DNA from: Candidatus Methanoperedenaceae archaeon
Lineage (GTDB): Archaea; Halobacteriota; Methanosarcinia; Methanosarcinales; Methanoperedenaceae
Reading direction: 5' to 3'
NCBI GenBank assembly: GCA_963753595.1
Contig: CAVWCX010000007.1
Location: 1 to 64,000, forward strand
Length of the DNA: 64,000 nt
Made by a program: the position numbers and the translations under genes. Every line of letters begins with the position of its first letter. Positions within the stretch are counted from its first letter, which is position 1. The notes under the pieces are model-generated. The model was given only the letters and a program-made list of their open reading frames with translations, had not been told where the DNA came from and did not search any database. Positions 48,849 through 59,031 of the stretch are shown in pieces.

Positions 48849-50114
48849 TTAACCTGTGATCCTCACAATGAGCTTTTGTGCTTGTTCTTGTATCATTTCA
48901 GCAGGTTCCCAGGCTTCACTTGCTACAAGTGTGATCCCGAATTCACCTTTTGACATATTTCCTCTTGCAGCGAACCTTCTCCCCAGAAGTTTCCTTTTAA
49001 TATCATCTTCCACTGCTTTCTGTGACATATTTGTTTTTGCGATCTTTTGAGCTTCTTCGATATTAATTCCACATATCTTCTGGGTAAGCCTGGAATCAAG
49101 AACAAGCGTGAGTGCGCCAGTTCCATCATCTATTATGGCTTTGATACGCATATCGCTACTCTCATCGACTTTTCCATGCACCCTGCACATGCCTTTCTGG
49201 ATCACGCGCGAACATTCGGAGCATCTGGCTATCAATCCCGAACCAGGCCTGATGGAAAGGATATTACCTTCTACAGCTATATCATAAGCACCATCTTTCA
49301 TGATAAGATCCCCGATCTTTAATCCTTCTTTTTCCCTGTATTCGATCTTATTTCCAAGCTTTGCCAGGATGGTTGATTCATTGATGTTCAAGGTGGGAAC
49401 ACCCCGGAATGACCTTACATAAGCGTTTTTAACATCAATTGAATTGCCCACTTCAAGTTCTGGCGACAATACCCATGCTGTGATCGGGAGTTTTGTATCC
49501 TCATCTGCCGCAATTCCGCCTATTATCTTTTTTGCCCCATCCTTTGTATTGATTTCATGGATAGCAATATTGAGGATAGTGAATTGTGTATGAACATTAA
49601 TATCCCCATCTCTTAAATCTGCAAGTTTTTTAAGCTCGCAATCCTCCGGAATCTGGATTTTGGTGGTAAGCTTTATGACTTTCGATCTGGGGCCGAAATT
49701 TACTTCAGGCCGTTCCTGCCAATTCCTGACATAAGCCTGGGTGACAGAAATTACATCACCCGGATTAAGATCAAAATCAGACCATGCTGTGAAACTTCTT
49801 GATGAGGTCTCGTCGCAGATCACTCCTGAAAAAAGGGTTTTTTCGGAATTCTTGATGTTGACAGTTTTCCTGGTTATTTCAACGACCTGTCCGGTTATCT
49901 CGATATTGTGTTCTCCTATCTGGATATCTTTCAGTTTCCTGACAATACTTTTTTCAGACCCGCCGTATTTTTTTATCAGGCTTCGTTTTGCTTCGCTCAA
50001 AGGGACCCTGTATTCGAGCAGTTTTTTTAAATCCGCAATTATGTTGCTCTCGTCTATTTCGTTATCAAGCGCCATTTTTATTTCTTCAACATGAGGCGCA
50101 AATTCAATCTCCAT
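48849..50114 (-). CDS. rpa: Replication protein A (multi-OB-fold ssDNA-binding protein with Zn finger)
   Basis: VP..EA.RS, OB folds (DET..FTAW), GSGLIARC..C.R....C..HG, DDGTG. Confidence 0.88.
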   Translation of the reverse strand: MEIEFAPHVEEIKMALDNEIDESNIIADLKKLLEYRVPLSEAKRSLIKKYGGSEKSIVRKLKDIQIGEHNIEITGQVVEITRKTVNIKNSEKTLFSGVICDETSSRSFTAWSDFDLNPGDVISVTQAYVRNWQERPEVNFGPRSKVIKLTTKIQIPEDCELKKLADLRDGDINVHTQFTILNIAIHEINTKDGAKKIIGGIAADEDTKLPITAWVLSPELEVGNSIDVKNAYVRSFRGVPTLNINESTILAKLGNKIEYREKEGLKIGDLIMKDGAYDIAVEGNILSIRPGSGLIARCSECSRVIQKGMCRVHGKVDESSDMRIKAIIDDGTGALTLVLDSRLTQKICGINIEEAQKIAKTNMSQKAVEDDIKRKLLGRRFAARGNMSKGEFGITLVASEAWEPAEMIQEQAQKLIVRITG

Positions 50115-50243
50115 AAAGCCTCCTTCTGACCAATGGGGTATGAGGTAAAAGGATAATATAAGATAAAAAACCATCGCAGAACAATTTAAGTATTAGAATA
50201 ATTTATCACCATTTATCACCCTTCAGGTATTTGAGGATTAATT

Positions 50244-50540
50244 ATGGAATCAGTATATTTCTATGAAGATGATGTCAGTAAAGATATTTTGAAAATATTA
50301 GATGATGATTTTTTTAAACGCCTGGGGTATACGGTAAGGGAATGCAGCCTTCTGGGTTCCCAGCGCAAGGGTTATTTCCTGTATATAAAAGCAAATTCAG
50401 AAGACATCGACCGCGCGGAAAAGAAATTTGAGGGAATTGGCCTTCAAAAACTCATTGGGGAGGAACAGAAAATAGTCACAGGCGCTTTCATAGCTGAGGA
50501 AGAGAATGCCGCCAGTGGCATGGGAATGATTTTCGGTTAA
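50244..50540 (+). CDS. Conserved archaeal hypothetical protein
   Basis: 98 aa, GAGG RBS, C-terminal EEENA..GMG.IFG. Confidence 0.7.
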   Translation: MESVYFYEDDVSKDILKILDDDFFKRLGYTVRECSLLGSQRKGYFLYIKANSEDIDRAEKKFEGIGLQKLIGEEQKIVTGAFIAEEENAASGMGMIFG

Positions 50541-50602
50541 GACTGCAGTTAAGATATATTTATATAGAAAGATAACATAAAATGCATATCGGAGGTAACG
50601 AT

Positions 50603-50950
50603 ATGAGGCTGAGTAAACAAAGTTTAGTTCTGGCGACAATAGTCCCACTAATATTCGGAATAATAATACTGTGGAATTTCAAGAGTGCCATCGATATTTT
50701 AGCACCATTGGGCCAATCCACAGCAAAAATCTATGATCAACTCATATATATAGGTATTTTTGCATTCCTTGCACTCGCAGTGTACTGGAGCGTAATGGTT
50801 TACCTTATATATCTGTTACAGGAAAACCTGTCAACTCTTGATTCAAATCTTGATAAGGCTGCAGATATTGGAGCAAAGCACCTTTCAGAATCAAAGAACC
50901 TGTTAAACCAGGTAATAAATATCTTGAAGAGATACGAAACAACTTCTTGA
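50603..50950 (+). CDS. Two-TM membrane protein with C-terminal coiled coil
   Basis: GGAGGT RBS before ATG 50603; two hydrophobic segments; a 21-bp duplication at the 3' end. Confidence 0.7.
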   Translation: MRLSKQSLVLATIVPLIFGIIILWNFKSAIDILAPLGQSTAKIYDQLIYIGIFAFLALAVYWSVMVYLIYLLQENLSTLDSNLDKAADIGAKHLSESKNLLNQVINILKRYETTS

Positions 50951-51237
50951 AGAGATACGAAACAAATCAGGAATATGTAATAAGCAAATTTCTGATTTTT
51001 TCTTTTTTTTTCAAATAGGAAAGTATAAATACATTCTTCTGTCTGCGGCTGGATTTTCTCTATAAAGTAATAATTATGCGATATCCATAATTTACGGTTT
51101 TCTCCCTGAATGTCTATCTGTTATGAAGCATACATGATCCATCACGACTAAACATTTGAAAATAATAATGCAAAAAATATGTTAAGGTTAAGTGGTAAAT
51201 ATTTTATTTTGGATAAAAGAATCGCCATCCGATAAGA

Positions 51238-51672
51238 TCAAACCGAAACAGGTTTCTTGTTAAATACCGTCATTAATTTGTCAAGCGTGGTAATTTCTTC
51301 TTTTGAAATAGTTATCTTTGCGTCAATATTTTTAAACTCCGGGATGCCTTTTCCTCCCGTTTCACCTGACACAAGTGAGTTTGACCATGGGCTGTTAACC
51401 ATGAAAGCCAATCCACCAGGCTCATCTCTTTTGGATTCCTTTACCTGCACCACTAAACTTCCGAAATTATTGGATATTTTTACCCTGTCCCCGGTCTTCA
51501 AACCCATTTTTTGCATATCGGTCTTACTCATAGATATTACAGCAGAGAGCTTTTTATATTCTTCTCCAAACCTGTCGCACTCTGCCGCTTCGGCCTGGAA
51601 AATATCACGATATGTGATGATCTTGATATCATATTCCGGGCTTTTAAGGAATTTTCCAAAATCCATACCCAT
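51238..51672 (-). CDS. fwdD: Formylmethanofuran dehydrogenase subunit D-like (molybdopterin dinucleotide-binding domain)
   Basis: GD.V...N.FG..VV, G..FM..SPW.N.LV, G.P.FK. Confidence 0.82.
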   Translation of the reverse strand: MGMDFGKFLKSPEYDIKIITYRDIFQAEAAECDRFGEEYKKLSAVISMSKTDMQKMGLKTGDRVKISNNFGSLVVQVKESKRDEPGGLAFMVNSPWSNSLVSGETGGKGIPEFKNIDAKITISKEEITTLDKLMTVFNKKPVSV

Positions 51673-52883
51673 TAAAATGCCTCCATCAACCGATCCAGGA
51701 TCGCTTCATCCGTCAAATGATCGCTCTCTATGATCTTTGATAATTCGATTACTTTTCCATCCATCCTCACCGCAGTACCTCCCGATTCCAGTCCTGATGC
51801 TGCAGAGGGGATTGCCACAGCCGCTATCTTTGAGGTCATGGTCATACAAGGATCGATACAGATCACCGGTATTGATGCAAGATGTGCCAGTACTGTGCCA
51901 GGAAGACTTGAAACAGGATCAGAACCCACAACAACAATTGCATCTATGGATTTTTTATTGAGTGACTCCATAATTGAATATTTGATATCGTGGACCGCTT
52001 TTCCATCAAACTTTACTTTATTGACAAATCCTGTCTCTTTGAACAGAGCTTCATTAAAACCCCGCATATTATAATGGCCAATCATAGGCATTATATTGAA
52101 ATTCGGCAGCTTTTGTGCAAGTGCGGTCAATATGTCAAAATCATCTTTTATCGAATACGTAAGTCCGATTCCAACAAAAATCGCCCCGAACTCGGCTTTT
52201 TTCAAAATGCCTGCAAGTTCAAGCATTTTTTTCGTTTCATATGCCGGTACTTTTCCGGATAACGCTTCGGTCAAGGCCAGGATAAATTCCCTGTCTCCTT
52301 TTGGTGATATCCTGTAAAAATGTCCTTTACAGATCTTTGCGGTATTTGATTCCCGCACATCTATGGCTATTGCTATCCTGTCTTCTTCGTACCCGCGCTG
52401 GCGTGATTCTCCCCGCGGGAAATATGAGAACCTTGAAAGATGGCGAGGCTGTGAGTCCTGCGCATCAGATCCCCAATAAACAAGCACATCAGCTTTGTTC
52501 CTGATATCATCAAGAGAACATGTCCTGAACTTTTCCTGAAGGATATTTTCGATAAGCAGTCCCTGGCAAAATGAGGATGTATCATCTATGATTGCATTTA
52601 TTTTTTTTGCATATTGAATTCCTTTTACCTGCGCCTGGCATGTTGAGTTATCCAATCCAAAAAGCATAGGCGTCCTGGCATTCCTGATAATGTCAACAGC
52701 TTTCTTTATGGAACTTTCAATGTCTGTGGGTTTTTGATCTATAGAAGGGACAAGCCTGTTTGAACAACCTTTCATTCTTGCCGCGCCGCGCCTGCATGCG
52801 TTTTTTATCTCTTTTATCCTGTTATTCTCAATAATTGCTTCAATATCATCACATAACAGCGCGCATCCTGTGCATGTAAACAT
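51672..52883 (-). CDS. fwdB: Formylmethanofuran dehydrogenase subunit B
   Basis: CTGCALLCDDI, NACRRG, DD..SFC.G, RNKADV.VYWG, PRH.SR, GHYNMRG, G.AVRMDG. Confidence 0.9.
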   Translation of the reverse strand: MFTCTGCALLCDDIEAIIENNRIKEIKNACRRGAARMKGCSNRLVPSIDQKPTDIESSIKKAVDIIRNARTPMLFGLDNSTCQAQVKGIQYAKKINAIIDDTSSFCQGLLIENILQEKFRTCSLDDIRNKADVLVYWGSDAQDSQPRHLSRFSYFPRGESRQRGYEEDRIAIAIDVRESNTAKICKGHFYRISPKGDREFILALTEALSGKVPAYETKKMLELAGILKKAEFGAIFVGIGLTYSIKDDFDILTALAQKLPNFNIMPMIGHYNMRGFNEALFKETGFVNKVKFDGKAVHDIKYSIMESLNKKSIDAIVVVGSDPVSSLPGTVLAHLASIPVICIDPCMTMTSKIAAVAIPSAASGLESGGTAVRMDGKVIELSKIIESDHLTDEAILDRLMEAF

Positions 52884-52892
52884 AAAAACCTC

Positions 52893-53351
52893 CTATACAA
52901 ACTCAATTGCGCCGGTTGGGCACGGGTCTATGCATGCATAACACAATACCCTGTTTTTCCCAAAGCGTCGGCATTCTTTGATATTCGAAGCAATGACTTT
53001 TCCGTCAACTACTTTGAAAATCACTTTATCATTTGTAGGGGCAGAGCCTTTACCTGCCCCATGCGGGTCATTTGCCACGTCAACAGGACATGCCACAACA
53101 CAATTTCCGCAACCGGTGCATAATTCAGGATGTACCATCATGCCCGTTTCTTCAGCTCCGGCAGTTGGCAAAAGTAGTGATTCAAGTTTCTCTTTTTGCG
53201 TTTTGAAATTCGCTTCAAGAAGAGGCGTACAATCTGCCACGTTCTTTTTTCTTCCCAGCATTGCGACCGCAAACGCCATGCAGGTGGATTCCCCGCATTT
53301 CTTGCAGTTGGTTCTGGGTAAGAGCTGGTATAGCTCCATAACTGTAACCAT
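52893..53351 (-). CDS. fwdG: Fe-S protein, FwdG-like (FeS domain plus 4Fe-4S ferredoxin)
   Basis: LLPRTNCKKCG..TCMAFA; CTGCGNCVVACP; C..CIDPCP. Confidence 0.78.
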   Translation of the reverse strand: MVTVMELYQLLPRTNCKKCGESTCMAFAVAMLGRKKNVADCTPLLEANFKTQKEKLESLLLPTAGAEETGMMVHPELCTGCGNCVVACPVDVANDPHGAGKGSAPTNDKVIFKVVDGKVIASNIKECRRFGKNRVLCYACIDPCPTGAIEFV

Positions 53352-53455
53352 GAGTGGTGAATTGATTTTAATAAGGGATATAATTTATGGAATAATCATA
53401 TTGGAAATTAAAACTGGCTTTCATAATTATATCCTTAACTCTTAAACATGCTAAG

Positions 53456-54973
53456 TTAAAATACCTTGTAGGTCTGGACCCTCTCAAGAAGCATTCCTTC
53501 CACTATTATCGGATAATCCTTTTCTGCAGTTTTTAATGCATTTGTCAATTTCCAGCTCTTATCCGCAAAAATTGTTATTAGTGGTTCTCCTTTCTTCACC
53601 AGTTCACCCTTTTTCTTGTGTATCCAGACACCTGCTCCATTATCAGCGGGGGCGCCCGCGATCCTTGCAAGCTCAACAATACGCTTGTTATCGAACTCAA
53701 TGACATAACCATCAGCAGGGGACATAAGTTCTCCCCTGTGTTCTCCGGGTTTAATATCAGTATGAACAATATTCGGATTTCCGCCCTGGACTTCAATGAT
53801 CTGTTTGAGTTTTTCGAATGCTTTCCCCGAGCGCAGCGTCTCCAGGGCCATGTCCTTCCCCCTGCCTCTTGTAGCCACGCCCCCCATTTCAAGAAGAATA
53901 CCTGCAAGCCCTGTGCTCTTTTCAATAAGGCTGTTCGGACCCTGCATAGTTTCCAATACTTTCAACGCTTCTCTTACTTCAATTGCCGGACCAATGGTTC
54001 TTCCGACCGGTGATGCACCGTATGTCATGGCACATTCCACGCTCATCCCCAGACGCTCCCCAAGGTCTATCAAATCCCTTGCAAGTTTTTTCCCTTCTTC
54101 TATTGAGTGAACTTTTGTTCCGCTGCCAACAGGGATATCGATAACAACGCAATCCGCGCCAACGGCGCCTTTTTTAGCCATAATTGAAGCAAGAAGCTGG
54201 CAGCGCGGGTCTATTGAGAGAGGATATTCGGCGCGTATAAGCTTATCATCAGCAGGAGCAATGTTTGTAGCTCCTCCCCATACAATCACACCTCCAACTT
54301 TTTCAGTCATGGTCTTTATCTCATCTGCTGTGAATTCAACAGGCGCTAGTACTTCCATCAGGTCAGCCGTTCCTGCAGCGCCTGTTATTGCTCGTGAACT
54401 GGTCTTGGGTATGAGCAGGCCGTTCGCGGCGATGATCGGGACCACAAGAAGTGATATCTTGTTACCCGGAACTCCCCCTATACTGTGTTTATCCATGATG
54501 GGATGAGTATCAAACTCAATTTTTTCACCCGTATCTATCATAGCCCTTGTCATCCATTCAATTTCATCCGTGGTCATCCCGTGGATATAGGAAGTTGTAA
54601 CAAACGCTGACATCTCGATCTCAGTAAGATTCTCCCTGACAATGTCCTGGATTATCTGGCGGATCTCTTCCTGCGTTAATTTCTGATGATCCATCATTTT
54701 CTTTATGAAACCTACTGAATCCGGTTTTGATGCAGGGATAAGATCGATCGTAAGGGGACACACTTTTCCGAGCTTTTCACAGCATTCCTGGTATACTCCC
54801 ACAGTACCTTTTGAGATAATGTCGCCTGTTTCAACAATGGCCGTCAAATAACCGTGATTTTTTAACTGGACACGGTCACCGCCGCGAACACCGATCTCTT
54901 TTGCATCCTGTGAATTGATGACTACTTTATACTTACCTGCTTTGATCTTAAGTGATTGGACTTTAAGTTCCAT
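53456..54973 (-). CDS. deoA: AMP phosphorylase (archaeal thymidine phosphorylase family)
   Basis: DKHSIGGVPGNK, PKTSSRAITG.AGTAD, PADD.LI..EYPLSIDP, ASIMAKK. Confidence 0.93.
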   Translation of the reverse strand: MELKVQSLKIKAGKYKVVINSQDAKEIGVRGGDRVQLKNHGYLTAIVETGDIISKGTVGVYQECCEKLGKVCPLTIDLIPASKPDSVGFIKKMMDHQKLTQEEIRQIIQDIVRENLTEIEMSAFVTTSYIHGMTTDEIEWMTRAMIDTGEKIEFDTHPIMDKHSIGGVPGNKISLLVVPIIAANGLLIPKTSSRAITGAAGTADLMEVLAPVEFTADEIKTMTEKVGGVIVWGGATNIAPADDKLIRAEYPLSIDPRCQLLASIMAKKGAVGADCVVIDIPVGSGTKVHSIEEGKKLARDLIDLGERLGMSVECAMTYGASPVGRTIGPAIEVREALKVLETMQGPNSLIEKSTGLAGILLEMGGVATRGRGKDMALETLRSGKAFEKLKQIIEVQGGNPNIVHTDIKPGEHRGELMSPADGYVIEFDNKRIVELARIAGAPADNGAGVWIHKKKGELVKKGEPLITIFADKSWKLTNALKTAEKDYPIIVEGMLLERVQTYKVF

Positions 54974-55262
54974 TTTTTAGTACCCTCATAATTTTATTTT
55001 ATTGTATCGATTTAGTATTTACCATACTTAGCATTATCGCTGATTGATCTGATGAAATACTTCTATTTAAAGTATCATTTAAAGTATCTGAATGTAAGTA
55101 TTGAAGTGATCATAATTGATTTTAGACAAAATAAAGCTTTATTGAACGTTTTCGAACTTTTATGAGTTAAAAAGAACTTTAAAATTCTATTTATACTGTA
55201 AAAATGCTTATATTATAACGCGTTAATCTAAATAATAAGCAAAAGGAATTTCGAGGTAAAAA

Positions 55263-56051
55263 ATGAATACTCTTAGAATAACGGTGACAGGATTGCTTTT
55301 GATCGCATTTGCCATTAATATTATTGGCGCTGCCCAGGAAGAGAAAGTATCACCGGATGAGCTTGTTGATGATATAGAGGAATATAATGGCTCAATGGGC
55401 CCTGATAATGTATTTTATGGATTGAAACTTGCATTTGAGAGGCTGGATGAAAGTTTCACATTTAATGAAACTGAAAAGCTTGATAAAAAAGTGTATCATT
55501 CAAAGCTTCGTATATCTGAAGCCAAGACCGAATTGAAAAAGAAGAACTATGAAGGCGCAAAGAAGGCTTTTGAAAATTATAAAGAGAAGACAAAGGAGAC
55601 TGAAGGATCTATTTCGGGCATCAAAGGAAATGACTCAGGAATTATCACTGCCCAGAAAATGGTGGAGAAACACCAGTATGTGCTGGAGAAACTTCTTGAA
55701 TCAAATCCGAATAATACCGGAATAAAAAGTGCCTATAATAATAGTGTTGAACTTGAAGATAAGTTCGAGGAAAAGACCAAAAAGATGCTTGAACGTGTTC
55801 AAACGAATGAAGGAAAACACTATTTAAAAGAAGTAAATCTGACAAAAGTCGACATTGAAGATGTTCTGGAAAAAAAGACCATTCAGGATAAAAAAGATTT
55901 AAATCAAGAAGAAATGGAAAAGAAATCAGAGGGAAATAATGCGGGATCTGAAGAAAATTCCGTAAAAAATATTGATAAAAAACCAGAAGATCATAATGCA
56001 CCAGAGGATCATAATGCAAGACAAGAACGAAATGATAAGAGAGAAGACTGA
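55263..56051 (+). CDS. Secreted helical protein, DUF5667-like, with charged low-complexity tail
   Basis: Signal peptide; GPD..FYGLK.AFE.....FTF....K...R..E motif; PEDHNA repeated twice. Confidence 0.7.
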   Translation: MNTLRITVTGLLLIAFAINIIGAAQEEKVSPDELVDDIEEYNGSMGPDNVFYGLKLAFERLDESFTFNETEKLDKKVYHSKLRISEAKTELKKKNYEGAKKAFENYKEKTKETEGSISGIKGNDSGIITAQKMVEKHQYVLEKLLESNPNNTGIKSAYNNSVELEDKFEEKTKKMLERVQTNEGKHYLKEVNLTKVDIEDVLEKKTIQDKKDLNQEEMEKKSEGNNAGSEENSVKNIDKKPEDHNAPEDHNARQERNDKRED

Positions 56052-56086
56052 AAGGATATCCCAGAGGCAGGATCCTAAAGAGGATA

Positions 56087-56117
56087 GAAAAGACAGGTTT
56101 TTACCTATCTTTTTCTG
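56087..56117 (+). terminator. Hairpin with T-rich 3' arm after the DUF5667-like gene
   Basis: AGAAAAGACAGGT-tttt-ACCTATCTTTTTCT. Confidence 0.4.
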
Positions 56118-56163
56118 GACCGATTAATTGTAAAATAAGTTAATATTACAGGAATAACAAATC

Positions 56164-57126
56164 TTGTCAATACCTGGAAATCTTATGTCGTGCAAGATCC
56201 TGCATATTGCAATATTTTTGATACTTTCTATTTCAATAGCTGGAGCTGCACCTGATAATTATAAAGTAACATATACGATAAATATCCAGGAAAATGGTTC
56301 AGCTATATGGAATGTGGAATATCGTACCCTTCTTTCTACTAAAGAAGACTTTGATTCTTTTGAGAACTATTCTGCACAATTAAACTCTAAGTATCTTGTT
56401 GAATTCAAAGAATTAATGCAAAGGTCTGCCCAGGAAGCAGCTGTGGCGACAGCAAGGACAATGGTTGCCAGGGATTTTAATGGTAAAACGATAGTCCAAT
56501 CCACTCCCACAGGCAAGTACGGCGTGGTCCAATATACTTTTACCTGGACCAACTTTGCAAAGACAGATCAAAATATCAATGTTGGGGATGTGTTCGTGGG
56601 AGGACTTTACCTTTCAAATGATAATACCCTCATAATCCAGTATCCTGAAGATTATACAATTGAACAGGTAACGCCCCAGCCGGACCAGAGCCGGGATGAA
56701 ATGATATGGTACGGTCTTCGTTCCTTCAGCGCCGGAGAACCACGGATAATCCTTACAAAACCATCTTTTATCTCGACAACCGTGGTTATATTGGTCATAA
56801 TTGTACTATTTTTTGTTGGCGGAGTGTTCTATATAAAGAGTAAAAAAGAAGAAGAAAAGACATCTTCGGAAATAACATTTCCTGAAATAACATCTCCGGA
56901 AACACCTGTTACTAATATCCAGATCCCCGAAATTGAAATGATGGATGTGGAAGACAGGATAATGAAAATACTGAAAGAAAGCGGAGGGACACTTTACCAG
57001 TCCGAGATCGGAAGGCAGCTGGATCTCCCAAAATCAACAGTCAGCTCGGCATTGAATGAATTGCATGGTAAGAATCTTATCCAGAAGATTAAGAAAGGAC
57101 GTGAAAACCTGATCCGGTTAATATGA
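56164..57126 (+). CDS. Membrane-anchored transcription regulator (extracellular beta domain, TM, cytoplasmic wHTH)
   Basis: Signal peptide, ectodomain (F.W.NFA..GDVF), TM helix, then GG..YQS.I...L.LPKSTVS..L..L...I.K.K.GREN.I.L. Confidence 0.82.
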   Translation: MSIPGNLMSCKILHIAIFLILSISIAGAAPDNYKVTYTINIQENGSAIWNVEYRTLLSTKEDFDSFENYSAQLNSKYLVEFKELMQRSAQEAAVATARTMVARDFNGKTIVQSTPTGKYGVVQYTFTWTNFAKTDQNINVGDVFVGGLYLSNDNTLIIQYPEDYTIEQVTPQPDQSRDEMIWYGLRSFSAGEPRIILTKPSFISTTVVILVIIVLFFVGGVFYIKSKKEEEKTSSEITFPEITSPETPVTNIQIPEIEMMDVEDRIMKILKESGGTLYQSEIGRQLDLPKSTVSSALNELHGKNLIQKIKKGRENLIRLI

Positions 57127-57138
57127 CTTATGCAGCGG

Positions 57139-57801
57139 TCAGAGAATTTTTAGCATGTTTTTCAGTTCGTCCACCCTTAATTGTCCCGGAGCTACAGGAA
57201 TATCAACATATCCGTAAGTCATCACAGAACCGTAAATAGGCGCCATGATACGGGAATGCTTTCCTGTTTCACCCATTGCGATCGTGCATACATGGCCGGA
57301 TGAATGCAATGTGACATCAAGCAAACGCAATACATCATCAAGTGAGTGAGGCATTACTGCAAGCTTGGCAATGTCCGCAGCTTTTTCAAATGATTCACTG
57401 ATAAAACCCGTCATTGCCTCATTATCCGGTGTATTCTGGAAATCATGAGTGGAAATTATGACTTTTTTTCCAGCATTTTTTGTTTCCTGGACTACCAGAT
57501 CTCTTTTTTCAGCGATTCGCTCAATATCAACGGCATCTGCATACGGTATTAACGATATCAATTTTCGGATGCGCCCTGTTTCGCTTCCTGGCCATGCTCC
57601 GCCTTCTTCCTTCATTCGATTGGTAATAATAATTGGCAATCCAAGCTTCTTAAGTTCTATGAGTATTTTGACAGGATCTTCACTGATCAGGTCTATCCGC
57701 AGCTCCAGGATATCAGCTCCAAGTTCTTTTGCCTTGATCGATGTATTTACCGGATCTTTACCGATCGATGCAACGACTGATCTATAAGTGGGGAACGCCA
57801 T
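57139..57801 (-). CDS. aroD: Type I 3-dehydroquinate dehydratase
   Basis: ADILELRID, ITNR..EGG, VDIE, STHDF..TP, IAKLAVMP, IAMG..G..SR, APGQ. Confidence 0.95.
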   Translation of the reverse strand: MAFPTYRSVVASIGKDPVNTSIKAKELGADILELRIDLISEDPVKILIELKKLGLPIIITNRMKEEGGAWPGSETGRIRKLISLIPYADAVDIERIAEKRDLVVQETKNAGKKVIISTHDFQNTPDNEAMTGFISESFEKAADIAKLAVMPHSLDDVLRLLDVTLHSSGHVCTIAMGETGKHSRIMAPIYGSVMTYGYVDIPVAPGQLRVDELKNMLKIL

Positions 57802-57951
57802 GGAAGATATGATATCTTTAATATGTGATAAGGATTATGAAACCTGAAAAGGATTGTTCAGTCCTGAAAAGGATAAGGCCAAAGGTTTCAGGACTACACA
57901 GGATATGAGGATAATGAAAAAATTTATATGGTTTGAGGGAAATAAAAGAAA

Positions 57952-58233
57952 TTGATGAAGAGGGTACATGGAAAAATCATAAGAGCTGCTACAAGCCTTC
58001 TTCTTCCGGTGAAAAGGACCCGCACAGGTGAATGTAAAAGGTGTGGGGCATGCTGTATGTTCGTAATTAAATGTCCATTCCTTAAATTTGAAAATCACGG
58101 CTCAAATAAATCCATCTGTACTATCCATGGTTTAAGGCCCCCGCAATGCAGGAAATATCCGAGGGCAAAATGGGAAAAAGCGCATGAACCATGTGGATAC
58201 CATTTTATTGAAGAAATACATTGTGAAAACTAA
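57952..58233 (+). CDS. YkgJ-like cysteine cluster (CxxCxxCC) protein
   Basis: CKRCGACC, CPFL, CTIH..RP..CRKYP, CGY. Confidence 0.8.
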   Translation: MMKRVHGKIIRAATSLLLPVKRTRTGECKRCGACCMFVIKCPFLKFENHGSNKSICTIHGLRPPQCRKYPRAKWEKAHEPCGYHFIEEIHCEN

Positions 58234-58329
58234 TTTGCCCTGAAAAATAGAGAAAAACATAGAAATGATATTTTTCTTTAAGAAAAAACTATTTAGGGCA
58301 AAAAAATAATTGAAATAGGAGGAAAAATT

Positions 58330-59031
58330 ATGGGGCTAATAGACAGAACAAGTACGATAATAAAAGCCAAGATCAATAAGATCCTGGGGAAAATCGAAGA
58401 TCCGAGAGAGACTCTTGATTATTCTTATGAAAAGCAGGTTGAACTCTTACAGAACGTTAAGCGCGGTGTGGCCGAAGTAACAACTTCAAAGAAGAGGCTT
58501 GAACTCCAGAAGATGAAACTGGAAGAGAATATCAAGAAACTGGACGACCAGGCGCGCGAATCTGTAAAAGCAGGAAGAGAAGACCTTGCCAGGATAGCGC
58601 TTGAGAGAAAAAGTACATCCCAGGCTGAAATCACAAGCCTGACTTCCCAGATAGTGGACATCAAGAACCAGCAGGATAAACTTGTTGCAACAGAAAAACG
58701 CCTGTCTGCAAAAATAGAATCATTCCGCTCAACAAAAGAAACAATAAAAGCCCAGTACAGCGCAGCTGAAGCCCAGGTCAAGATAACTGAATCAGTGAGC
58801 GGCATCAGCGAAGAAATGAGTGACGTAGGGATGGCAGTCCAGCGCGCAAAAGACAAGACCGAAAATATGAAAGCAAGAGCCTCTGCTCTTGATGAACTTG
58901 TGGAATCAGGAACATTGGAAGATGTCACCAGCGGGTCACAGGATGATATTGACCGCGAGCTTTCAAAGATAAAGTCAAAAGGTGATGTTGACACGCAGCT
59001 TGAAGCGCTCAAGAAGGAGATGGGAAAATGA
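58330..59031 (+). CDS. pspA: PspA/IM30 family protein
   Basis: MGL..R...IKAK.N....EDP.E.L, GREDLAR.AL, ARA.A.DEL...G.L. Confidence 0.92.
   Translation: MGLIDRTSTIIKAKINKILGKIEDPRETLDYSYEKQVELLQNVKRGVAEVTTSKKRLELQKMKLEENIKKLDDQARESVKAGREDLARIALERKSTSQAEITSLTSQIVDIKNQQDKLVATEKRLSAKIESFRSTKETIKAQYSAAEAQVKITESVSGISEEMSDVGMAVQRAKDKTENMKARASALDELVESGTLEDVTSGSQDDIDRELSKIKSKGDVDTQLEALKKEMGK

Noticed and set aside
51672-52883. Selenocysteine- or pyrrolysine-containing FwdB
   Set aside because: The ORF is uninterrupted, with Cys at the ligand position (SSFCQG).
58425-59012. Long antisense ORFs (also 23745..24404, 6092..6691, 3890..4453, 33945..34499)
   Set aside because: They are shadows of well-supported genes on the opposite strand, Ser/Phe/Ile-rich and without motifs.
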